A stretch of 60,831 bases of DNA, filler included, from Hausera hauseri (lineage: Eukaryota): the NCBI GenBank assembly GCA_046269625.1. It is 11 parts of 11 records of this genome, joined end to end, with 100 filler letters (N's around TTAATTAATTAA, not from the genome) between each part and the next. Parts side by side here need not be neighbours in the genome. Positions count along the whole stretch, not along the records: positions 9,318 to 14,721 come from JBJURY010261732.1; positions 14,822 to 21,931 come from JBJURY010037445.1; positions 22,032 to 26,138 come from JBJURY010758319.1; 8 more parts are not named here. The stretch is one strand, 5' to 3'. The notes beneath the pieces are model-generated. The model saw only the letters and a list, made by a program, of their open reading frames with translations. It searched no databases and was not told the origin of the DNA. A program made the position numbers and the translations under genes. Shown here piece by piece: positions 12,760 through 22,933 of this stretch. Position 1 is the first letter of the stretch. Each line of letters opens with the position of its first letter.

Positions 12760-14008
12760 AATATGCATGAATTCGGTGCTGATGATACAGACAGATCAAA
12801 TTACTGACAATTCATTGTGATCTCTCTGTTTTGTATAAATAATATTGTTCTTTGTTTTTGCCTTTTGTTTTTTCATCATTTAATTTATCTATTTAATTTA
12901 ATGTATCGAGAAACAATATGAAAAACAAACAAAATCAATAAAATTTATTAATCATCATAATCTAAAATCAAAAACAAAGTTGAATCAGCGTAAACTTTAC
13001 CAGCTTCCATATTTGTGATTTAACGCCGTGCAGATCCTTGTATCCTTTCAACTTCAATGTTAGATAACCTTTACCTCCTTCCGGTGGCCAAACTGCTTTT
13101 GCTGCTCTTTCTCCGCCATGTGAACTGACAATTTTCACCATATTCCCTGAGAAAAATCGACGATGTCTCGGATATCGCTAGTCAACACCAAATCACTCAA
13201 CTTTTCTAATTGTGTCTTCCTTTGTATCTAAATCATCGTCGCTGATCTTTTTCACCAATAGACCATATTTCACCGGTTTAATTTTAACTGTTTGTGTCAA
13301 TGGCAGTTGAAGAGTTGCACAGATAATGTAAGTTGTATCCATTATACAACCGGGAATTTCAGAGCGAATATTCGCTGTACCGTGGCTTTTTTGAGACTCG
13401 CGGAACTGTCACCTGCTGAATTATTTTCCAGAAATTTTTAAATAAGATAAACGTGAAATGAAATTGCACCCATATTTATATCAAATTTGTTCATACCTGT
13501 TTGTTTTCATTATAAACAATAGACAGTTACTTTGTGAGTATTGTCTCATCGCAATGATGCATACCAGTTAAAATTACCTCCACGTCGCTGAAGCCCATGA
13601 CACTTTCGTTTCGTTAATGAAGTCATTCGTAATAAATGTGTACAATTTCCATTATAGCACATTTAAATTCTGGACATTGGTGGGTTACTTTGGTTATTGA
13701 TCGGATTTGGTCAATGACAATTCCGAATGGCAGTAGTTTATTGTTACTATCAGCTGTGATTGGTTTGCGACAAACCATAATACGATACTTTCCCGATTAA
13801 AATATGATGCATGTAAAATTCGTTGGACACTTGAGGACATACTGCCTCGGTTTCCATTGATTAAAAGGTAGTGTTAATGACACTCGGTAACATGTCCGCG
13901 ATAGTTGATATTAGCTAACATTATGGAAACAGTGTTTATACTACAGCTATTTATGTGTGTAACACGAATATAAACAAAACTTGTGAGGAAAGGTTAATTG
14001 TTGTTCAG

Positions 14009-14640
14009 ATGAATCTGCAGAATGTTGCAATTTTTCAGACTGTAGGCCCCAGTAAAAGTGGCAAAACACACTTTGTGTAAACTATTGCAGACCTACTGTA
14101 ACATATTCCATTCACTGCGGTACAATCACATCCTGGCATCAGGGTGTTGTTGATAATGGTGAGTCCGGTTTGACACATCGGGAATTTTGTAAATTAAAAT
14201 CGATAACGGCAATTGATGAGTTTGATGAGAACTGGTCTGAACGATTATGCAACAGTGATGTTATTTTCATTGACGATTTATTTCAAGAGGCAACGAAATA
14301 AACCGACTTCAACAACCTGTTCACGAAGATTGCATGACGCCGTGATGTGACGGTTATATTCATTACGAAAAAAATGTTCCATCAGAGCGACCAGCATCGA
14401 ACAAGAAATCTATACGTACACTATTTGGTGTTGTTCAAAAATCCCCGTGATCAGACTCGTTGATTATGTTGTACAAGCATTTCCTCACAATCGAGCCTAC
14501 TTGAAAGATGCATATCATGATTCAACGACCGAGCCACACGGATACTTGTTCAGCGACTTTACACAACAGTGTCCCGATGACATGCATGCACGAACAGACA
14601 TTTTCAATCAGAAAGGTGCGTGTCTAAACAAATTCAAAAA
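14009..14640 (+). pseudogene. Polinton packaging ATPase (A32-like)
   Basis: Walker A GPSKSGKT, Walker B VIFIDD, then LFTK..RR.VTVIFIT, RT..L..HYLVLFKNPRD and AYHDSTTEPHGYLF.DF. Confidence 0.9.
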
Positions 14641-16929
14641 TCGAAGACGCGACAGCGATAAAATAAAGAATTTCCGAAAAACAATTGTTATACGTAAACC
14701 TACCAAGCGGGTGCCGGCGAGNNNNNNNNNNNNNNNNNNNNNNNNNNNNNNNNNNNNNNNNNNNNTTAATTAATTAANNNNNNNNNNNNNNNNNNNNNNN
14801 NNNNNNNNNNNNNNNNNNNNNTGCCTTAATTAATACTATCATCAGAGTTTATTACAGCAAATAGTATATCAATTCCATATCAATAGTTTTGTCCTGACAT
14901 CCGAATTTGACACAGAGGGAATTCGACAATACATGATACAAGTTCTTCTACACAGCTTTAATAGAAACCACGATCAACCCAAAGGGATAAAAGTAATTGA
15001 CGAAGAAGTAATTAACTTGATGCAAGCAAGCACTCTAGAAATTTATTATTATCGATACAATTACATGATGAAAGAATGGACACAATTTTTCAGAAATATG
15101 GAGTGGAGTGTAATGTAGTATATGGTACTAGATGGACCAATAGGATTACGGCCTACGTAGGATTAACACAAGTGGATTTATTACAGAACGAAAGAGGATA
15201 CCTAATAGACTACTTAGTAGATTTGCCAAAAGAAGAAGTCTCGGTACTAAAATGTCTTGTCAGCAATATCTTACAATATGTATGAACAAATTATCAATAT
15301 TAAACAATATTTAAAAAACAAGAGGAATAAATTCCGAGGTCCTATCAGAGATAAGCATACTTGGATAAAAATGGAAGAAAATATTAGTAAATTCCATAGA
15401 CTTATCTTAAATTTCACACTGAAAAAAGAACATATTACTAATGGAGGCTCTACCAAGTCAGAAAAATTAAATTACAATTGAATCAACTAATTCGGAGAAT
15501 AGTATCACAAAAGAAAGTGTTTCGATGAGACAGCAAGGAATGAAGCCAAAACTCAGTCAAGTAGTATTATTTCCCTGTATCTTAGCACTATGTATGACGA
15601 ACGTATCGGCACAATCAACCACAAAACCCCCATTAATTTTGAGACAACCAACAATCACCTACAACAATCATTACAGCCAGTCACCCCTACAATCTAGCTA
15701 TTTAAAGGAACAAATGAATTCAAGATGGTCGAAAACACCAATCGACCGCGAGAAAGTTTTGCTTGCAATTCTCAATATACTTGTGTAATTATAGTGGATA
15801 CAACCGATAGAAAAAAATTCCAATACATATTACTAATATATATATACCAAGTTTAATAGCACAAACAACTGAAATATCTCTAAAAGTGCTAAACCTAACC
15901 ACCACTATTCTCACCCAACAAAAGTCACAAACCATATTTCAAGATTATGCTACATTACCGGAAAATACCATATTTGAATTAAAAGATTATCTGTCTTTCA
16001 GGTAGATCCTTGGAGTAATAAGGTATTTCATCAGTTAAGATATTCTTAATATCTTGTTTGATATTTTGAGTTATATATTTTTCCTCTCTATCATTTTTAG
16101 TAAGTACTGGTCGTTCCTCTTTACTCGCTTTTAAAAGTTTCTTTTAGCAAAACATGGTTAGAAATTCTTCACTATCGGCTTTTGTTGCTTCTAGGGCTTG
16201 TTTTATCTACTGTTAATGGTTTATTAGGATCAGTTACATCAATTTCATCCATTCGTTTAAGTATGGTTTCTGAATAGATTTGTTTGATTCTTCATCAATA
16301 TTCTGCTTATTGAGGCTTTCGTCTAGGTCCTTAAGAGATTCAATCTTGAAAAATAAAACAGCGGTACCAAGATTTATTGAGAGAGCCAACTGTTAAACCT
16401 TGTAATTTCTAAACACTTTTCATGCGATAAATACCAGAAAATGTGTAGAAAAGTGTAAATTCCAACACAGAACGAGTAGACGCTAAGAACAACAACTTTA
16501 TTTAATATATTTTAAAAACCTCTAACGATAACCAATTTACAAATTGATCATTTATTTTTTTTTTACAAANNNNNNNNNNATGTTAAATTCCAGTGTAAAT
16601 TCCATATAAGTCACGATACACAAAATGCCGACAAAAACGATGACAAGATTTATTATTCAATCAACAATATTCAATAATTCTCATCAATTTTTTTACAAAA
16701 TCTTTATACAGTCTTGATTGTTTCTTTATAGCGACCGGTCTTTGTTAATCATTTGAATTAAGAATTTTTATAGTTCTGACTAAACACCCGTCGTGTTGAA
16801 CAAACTTCCCGTAAACTATCAAAACTTGTTGATTCTGGAAAAGACGTTTTATAATTGTTTTGCTTTTTTTAATTTTATTATGCTTCATATCTCCATTTCA
16901 ATCCTTTCTCTAAATTTTGTCTGTCACTT

Positions 16930-17281
16930 TTTCAGAAATGGTACCAGAAAAATCTAACTGATCTGGTATACGATATTGTAACTGTACTCTGTTTCGTACA
17001 TCTGATACTGATACAAGAGACGATAAATATGCAACATTGTCGATAGTACCTCGTATTTATCTATTTTTGGGCCTTGCCGTAATGGCCAATAACATGCTTA
17101 AGACGCGCACTGTACGAGCAACAGTCTTTGGACTTGGGTGTCTAAAGCCTTTAAGTAAATGTCCAACTAGAAAAAATGGAAATTCTTTTGATCACATTGC
17201 TAAAATATTCGGCCATTGATAAATTTCCTTTCGTTCTGATGTCTGCATCATTTGGTTGGCGAGAATATTCACGTTAAACAA
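16930..17281 (-). pseudogene. NF1: Neurofibromin (NF1) C-terminal region fragment, intronless
   Basis: FFLVGHLLKGFRHPSPKTVARTVRVLSMLLAI..DKYEV..NVAYLSSLVSVSDVRNR matches NF1 FALVGHLLKGYRHPSP..VARTVRILHTLL..DKFEV..SVAYLAALLTVSEEVRSR. Confidence 0.88.
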
Positions 17282-17472
17282 TGTGATTATCTTTAATGTC
17301 ATTTATTTTGATCGGTCTTGGTTAGGGTTTACTTGGGTTATTCTTGTACTGGCTGTAACTGGATTGTGGTGATGTGTTTTGATCTTTTCGAATCCACTTT
17401 TAGCTGCTGACGGATAATAAAATATTTATCAATGCAGACAGATTGTGTGGCGCCCGAGTCCGCGGCATCACA
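17282..17472 (-). repeat. 3' LTR (191 bp) preceded by a polypurine tract
   Basis: Perfect TGTGAT...ATCACA termini; PPT CCGGGGGTAG at 17473-17482 (minus strand); internal AATAAA. Confidence 0.8.
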
Positions 17473-17659
17473 CTACCCCCGGTACGAAAAGACGCTGTAA
17501 GAAGATAAAAATGTAAAAAGGAGAAAGTAAAGAGACAACGGTGTAAGCGAACTAATGAATCTTTGTATGGGCGAAACGTTGAATTTTATCGGTATGTTGT
17601 TCTCTGCTGTATTTGCTGAAGATAACCGTATTGCTTTGTTTAACGTGCTGTTTAACTGT

Positions 17660-19042
17660 CTACTGACATGGTTGAGATGAAATTAGGTTTTGATTTGACA
17701 CGTCAGCAGTTTGAGAACTGGTCGGTATGTCGTTTAGTGTAGTGTTTTGAGTTGATGCAGGTCTTGAAGTAGCAGGTTGTCGTGGTAGTAGAACGGAATA
17801 AGAATTGAAGAAGTCGAGAAAGGTTTTTGAAGACTCAGCTGATGGGTGTGGTGTATCATTAACAGAAAATGCAGATTTCACGTTAGATATGTGAACGTTT
17901 TGTTCCTTATCATTTTTTAATATCGTAACCGTACGTGAGGTAACGTCGAGGACTATAAATGGTCCTACGTAGTTTGGTTAGAAACCGGAGGGTGAAGGGT
18001 TTTTTAACCACACGAACTTTGCATTAAATAATGAGTCAGGTAAATATGCTTTGTCGCCACGTACTATTTTGCAGAAAGAATCCAGGCTTAGTTGAACGAA
18101 GTAATATTTTGCTCACCTAACTGTTTCGTCATTTGGCGTTTTGTCTAAATCGGTGAGTTCAAAAAGTGCGCGAATTGTAGTACCGAAAAGTGCTTCAGCA
18201 GGTGCGCAACCGGTGGTAGTAGACGGCGTATTGCGCCACCCCAGTAAAACGAAAGGGAGGGTGGTTGCCCAATTCTTATATGTTTCGGCTAGGACTTTTA
18301 ATGAGACCTTGAGAGTGCGATCAAAGCGTTCCAATAAGCCGTTCGACTGGGGATGGTATGGAACTGTGTATTTGTGACTTATGCCCAGTCGCCTAACTAG
18401 AGATTTGAATAGGTTTGATTCAAATTGGGGACTTTGGTCTGTAATTATATAGCGAGGTGAACCGAACCGGCAAATCCAAATCCTTATGAATGTGTTGGCA
18501 ATGGAGTCTATATTGATGGAGCGCAAAGGGACGGCTTCAGACCAACGAGGCGTGCGGTCCATCATTGTTAGGATGAATTGGTGTCCATTATCCGAAGGTA
18601 ATGAGCCAATGATATCTATGTAAACTGACTCAAAGCGGGATGTACATGGGAAATGTAATAATGGTGGTTTAAAATATTTAGTTACTTTTAACTTTTGGCA
18701 AGCTACGCATTGCTTAACCAAACTCTGTACGTCAGACCTCACTGATGGCCATGTTACATTACGTTTCAGGAGGCGGAATGTAGCCTTAAAACCTGGGTGA
18801 TGCAAAGAATGAACATATTGAAATGAAATTTGTTGGAGAGGAGGTGCCAAAATTGGAAAATATTGTCCAGGTGTCGAAGTATCCATGGCTATTCCATCGA
18901 TGATTTGCACGGATTTGTATTGTTTCAGAATTTCATTAGATGGGGAATTCTGGATCAATTGTTCCTTGGAGAATATAGGCGTGACACTGATTGCACCGAC
19001 TGACCATGATAGGCTGAGCATAGTAAAGACTGTTGTTGTCAC
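17660..19042 (-). pseudogene. pol: Gypsy integrase (HHCC, DDE, GPY/F)
   Basis: HSLHHPG...CVACQ; IDIIG; IITDQSPQFES; YHPQSNGLLERF; downstream YVGPFIV. Stop at 18113. Confidence 0.92.
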
Positions 19043-19149
19043 GACAGTGGTTTGATTGGACTTAGCGTGTGAAACGCTAGAAATCGAGTCGCTTAAATCG
19101 TCTTTGTGAACGCTATTACCGGACTGCTACAAAAATGTTGGATTATTTA

Positions 19150-19300
19150 TTAGTTAATGAGGAAATTGATTGGTTGATTGGGTTTGGATGTTAAGGACGC
19201 TTTTAGTGTGAAGACAGCGTAAGTACGGCTACTAGATTGAGGAAGTTTGCCTGTGCCAGTATGCGCCGAAACATCTAGCAGCTTTGTCAGTTTTTTTTGA
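19150..19300 (-). promoter_or_regulatory. Putative gag-pol -1 frameshift signal and truncated protease start
   Basis: AAAAAAC immediately before the gag stop, then a candidate stem GCTAGATG..TTCG..CATACTGGC. The -1 frame reads ...YAVFTLKA..PINFLIN* and breaks at the FLID(T/S)G position. Confidence 0.6.
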
Positions 19301-20460
19301 TAGTAGGATTTGGGGAATCGGAAGAATTACTATTGAATTGGTTAAGTCGACTGGAAAACGTGCAACTCTTGATGCAATTTCGGGCTTTATTGCTGAACCT
19401 ATTATGATAAATGCAAATAATATCAGATTTTTGGAAAGCTGGTATAAAGAATTTGCTTCCTAAGCAACATTTACTCGATTGGTTCTTGAATTTAGTGTGA
19501 TAATAGCACACTATAGGTCGAGTAGGGGAACTAGCGGATCTAGAATTGTGCGATGAGGAGCGGCTATGATTAGGTGTGAATCGATCTCGTGGCGGCATGG
19601 ATAAATTGTCCAATTTAGAAGTTAGAGCAGAAATAGCTTGGTGTACTGCCGTGTTTTCAACCCGTAGAGCGTTTATTTAGTTATTCAGCGCTACAATTTC
19701 TGCAGTGGGTGGTGTAATAGGCAATTGTAATGTGGCTGCGACAATAGGAGTATGGTGCGTATTTAGTATTTTATAGCTTTTATCAGCCAGTTGTGCTAAC
19801 TTTCTAACGTAGCGGTGTATTCAACGACGGTTAGTAAAGAGCGTATTTCTTTTGGTAACGATTGGAGAAAATATCTGCGCAGTAAATCAGCGTTGTTGAT
19901 TTGGTTCAATCCCAACTTGTTTAATTGGGTCAAGGATGTTTGTAAAAATTCGGAGGGTTTTAGTGTGCCTATGGTGTTTTCATTGAAATATTTCTGGATA
20001 ATGTTATCAAGAGAAGGCTCGGTGATTTTAAGGACAGCGTTGAATAGTGTTTCGTATGGGTTTGCGGTCTGAAAAATTTCGGAAAGTTTTGGTAGTAGCG
20101 ATCTAAAGTTGTCTGGTAGAAGTATTAATAGGCTATTGGACTTGAAGAAAGGGTCTGTGATCTTCTTAGATTTTAGCCACTGTTCATGGAATTCCAGCCA
20201 TGTACGGCCGGAATGTTGTTTATCTGTGAAATAGTCGACGCAACGGAAATTGACCAAAGAGAATGATATAGGTAGGACTAAAGGAGGCTGCTTTATTGGA
20301 ACGTGTATGGTGGGAATATCGGTGTGTTCCTGAGGGTCGTTTAATGCAGGTTTGGTGTCGGAACCACCGAATAGGCGTGGACATAAAGTTATCATTAGTG
20401 GTGAAGGTGGGGATAGAAAGGATAATAATAGATGGAAATAATGGAGATGGTATCAGTTTA
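19287..20460 (-). pseudogene. gag: Gypsy gag with two Cys-x2-His nucleocapsid motifs
   Basis: PYETLFNAVLK; IGTLKPSEFL; LLRRYFLQSLPKEIRSLL; CYYHTKFKNQSSKC and CIYHNRFSNKARNCIKSC. Confidence 0.85.
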
Positions 20461-20809
20461 TGCTTAGTATGTAGCCTTTTAAGTTGATGAGATGAGCCAC
20501 ATCTACGAACAAATCTGTTACTGTTACTTTAGTGTGTGTGCGGTATGTGTGAATGTTTGTTTTGAAAGAAAAGATAGATAGATAAAAAAATATGTATCAT
20601 TTTAGGGGCATAGTGCGTCACAGGGCACACGGTCGCAGACGAAATCCCAGCGTTGTAATTGTTGATCTGTTCAATCAGGGTGGTAAACATTAGGAAGGGC
20701 GTTCTGCGCTTCCGGCATGGTTGACGTTTGACTGCGTCTAGTTTTTTAAAGTCCCTTAGGCTTTCATAATTAAAAAGGGTGTCGTTCCTGTCTCTGTTGC
20801 CTTTTTTGT

Positions 20810-21316
20810 TGTCTCGTAAGTTCGTTGAATGTTCGTGATTGGCATTTTTTATATTCAATGGGCATATTCAGCAAAAGGATTCTTGGATTTTCGACCCCCC
20901 CTTTCGCATTTTTGGATGAACAATGTCCTTTTTAACTTTACACCATACACACCGATGGAATCTTCGATACTTCCACCAGAGATCTTATGTACGTTGGCAT
21001 AACGTGGAATGTTGGTTTCCTTACAATCATTTTCAGCTGTCATGATTATTGAAACTGCATCTAGTGCAATTTTACAGGTCCTATAGGACCATTTACTAAC
21101 GAATTTTGCACCAAGACAGTTTTTGACGACTTTCAATAATTCGTCGTGATTATTCGGATTGATTTTCACACAGCAATTAGTTTTCACGAATTCCAACGCG
21201 TCATTGAGTGTTTCTGTATATGAACTAGTTATTTTGGTTAAATAGATTTTTTGCTTCAAGCACGGTGCTGCTTGAGACAACAATTTACGAGCTAATATTA
21301 TGACAGAAGTTGTTCC
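20810..21316 (-). pseudogene. CCT3: Chaperonin CCT gamma (TCP-1 gamma) fragment, intronless
   Basis: GTTSVIILA..; KFVSKWSYRTCKIALDAV; KETNIPRYANVHKISGGSIEDS; after frameshifts KDIVHPKMR..VENPRILLLNMPIEYKK. Confidence 0.88.
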
Positions 21317-21931
21317 ACCCAATTGTAGTGCACTACCAAGGTTTCGTTTGCGCAATTTTAGTGCCAATTCTATGTGAGCTTCATTGTTTCTATATTCGTT
21401 AACAGTTTTCGTTAATTCCTTGAAAATTTCCAGACCTTTACAGTCCATTTTATTGAATTTGTCTGATTTTGTGTAATATATTACGGCGTAACGCTTCTTG
21501 TTAATCGACAAATACGGATAATAGACTTTTTTGAAATCCAATTTGATCGGAGCAATGAAATGACCGGTAATAAAATGGGCTACCTCTCGACCGAGTTTCA
21601 TAGCCGCCTGTACTGTATCAACGTCTAAATTGTTCATCACCGAATCAGTGTCCCCGTAGATAACCTTTACATCATGTGCATGTCCCTTAGACTTCGTAAA
21701 GTTTTCCTCGACTAACTATTTTGTTTTTTAAATCATAACTCGACCGTAACCAGTAAGTGATGATGAGATTGCTCCGGTAACTCTTGCCATTTCAACATGA
21801 TTTACAAAGCACGTGAGTTTATTTATTAATCGAATGGCCAAATAAGAATCTTTTAAACTATAGACTGCTAAACGACGGCGAGTTATTTCGTCGCCGTTTT
21901 GTAAACCGGCGATTATTTGATATGTCGCATC
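21317..21931 (-). pseudogene. POLD1: DNA polymerase delta catalytic subunit, three non-contiguous pieces
   Basis: [29 protein letters not shown] | [53 protein letters not shown] | IFKELTK..AHIELALKLRKRNLGSALQLG. Confidence 0.93.
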
Positions 21932-22031
21932 NNNNNNNNNNNNNNNNNNNNNNNNNNNNNNNNNNNNNNNNNNNNTTAATTAATTAANNNNNNNNNNNNN
22001 NNNNNNNNNNNNNNNNNNNNNNNNNNNNNNN

Positions 22032-22715
22032 CTTCCAGTGTGAAATTGCGCAACGGATAGGTGTTTCACAATGGGCTGTGTCAAAATTGATGAAATATTT
22101 CAAGGAAAGTGGCACAATTCTTTTATAACACAGAGGAAAATGTGGAAGGAAGGGAAGCTTTCTGAAGTGTTCGGAAGATTTACTGAACATCAAGAGCAAG
22201 AAAAATACCAGATTAACTGGCTGCCAGCTCGAGCTTGAGTTGGGAGATGCTGGTGGCAGTGTTTCTGTTAGAACAGTTTAAAGAGCTCTTGACAGGATTG
22301 GAAGATGTGCTTATCATGCTCCAAAGAAACCTTTATTAACAGTAAAGCAGATAAAGATTCGCAGCACCTGTGTCGCTCTGCACATCTTATTGACTCAAAA
22401 TGATTGGAATAAAGTTCTCTTCACATACAAAAGCAAAGTGGAAATATGTGGTAACAATATTAAACTTGTCAGAAAAATGAAAAGTTTTGTCGCAAACACT
22501 ATATATTAACTGTTAAACATGATTTAAGTGTAATGTTATGAGATTGTATTTCTTCTTTGGGGCATGGTAGAGTTCACATAATTGAAAGAAATCTTAAATC
22601 AGAGGTGTGTATTAAAATTTTGGAGCACGGGTATTACCTGAGGCTATAAAGAAGTTTGGCGTAGATGGAGAATGGTATCTGCAGCAAGGTAATGCTCCAT
22701 GACGTGTCCAAACCG
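22032..22715 (+). mobile_element. Tc1-like transposase remnant
   Basis: CEIAQRIGVSQWAVSK (HTH); VSVRTV*R; KKPLLT; DWNKVLFT; TVKH..SVML; LQQGNAP (QQDNAP). Confidence 0.8.
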
Positions 22716-22933
22716 ACCATGGAGTGGATTGCCGTGTATAGCATTCGGGTTCTGCTATGGGTATTATATAAAATGTCAGGGTTTCCGCTTTGCAGACCTT
22801 GAAGGGTCTTCCTACCAAATTTTGATGAACTTTACATTGCCATTGTGATTTCGTGGAACATATTAGTATGTACATATAAGCGTTACATATTTTTGTAATT
22901 ATTTCGTTAATTTTTCACATACTTTATATATAT

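Noticed and set aside
21317-21931. Viral or Polinton PolB interpretation of the YGDTDS polymerase
   Set aside because: The motifs ([26 protein letters not shown]) are specific to eukaryotic Pol delta.
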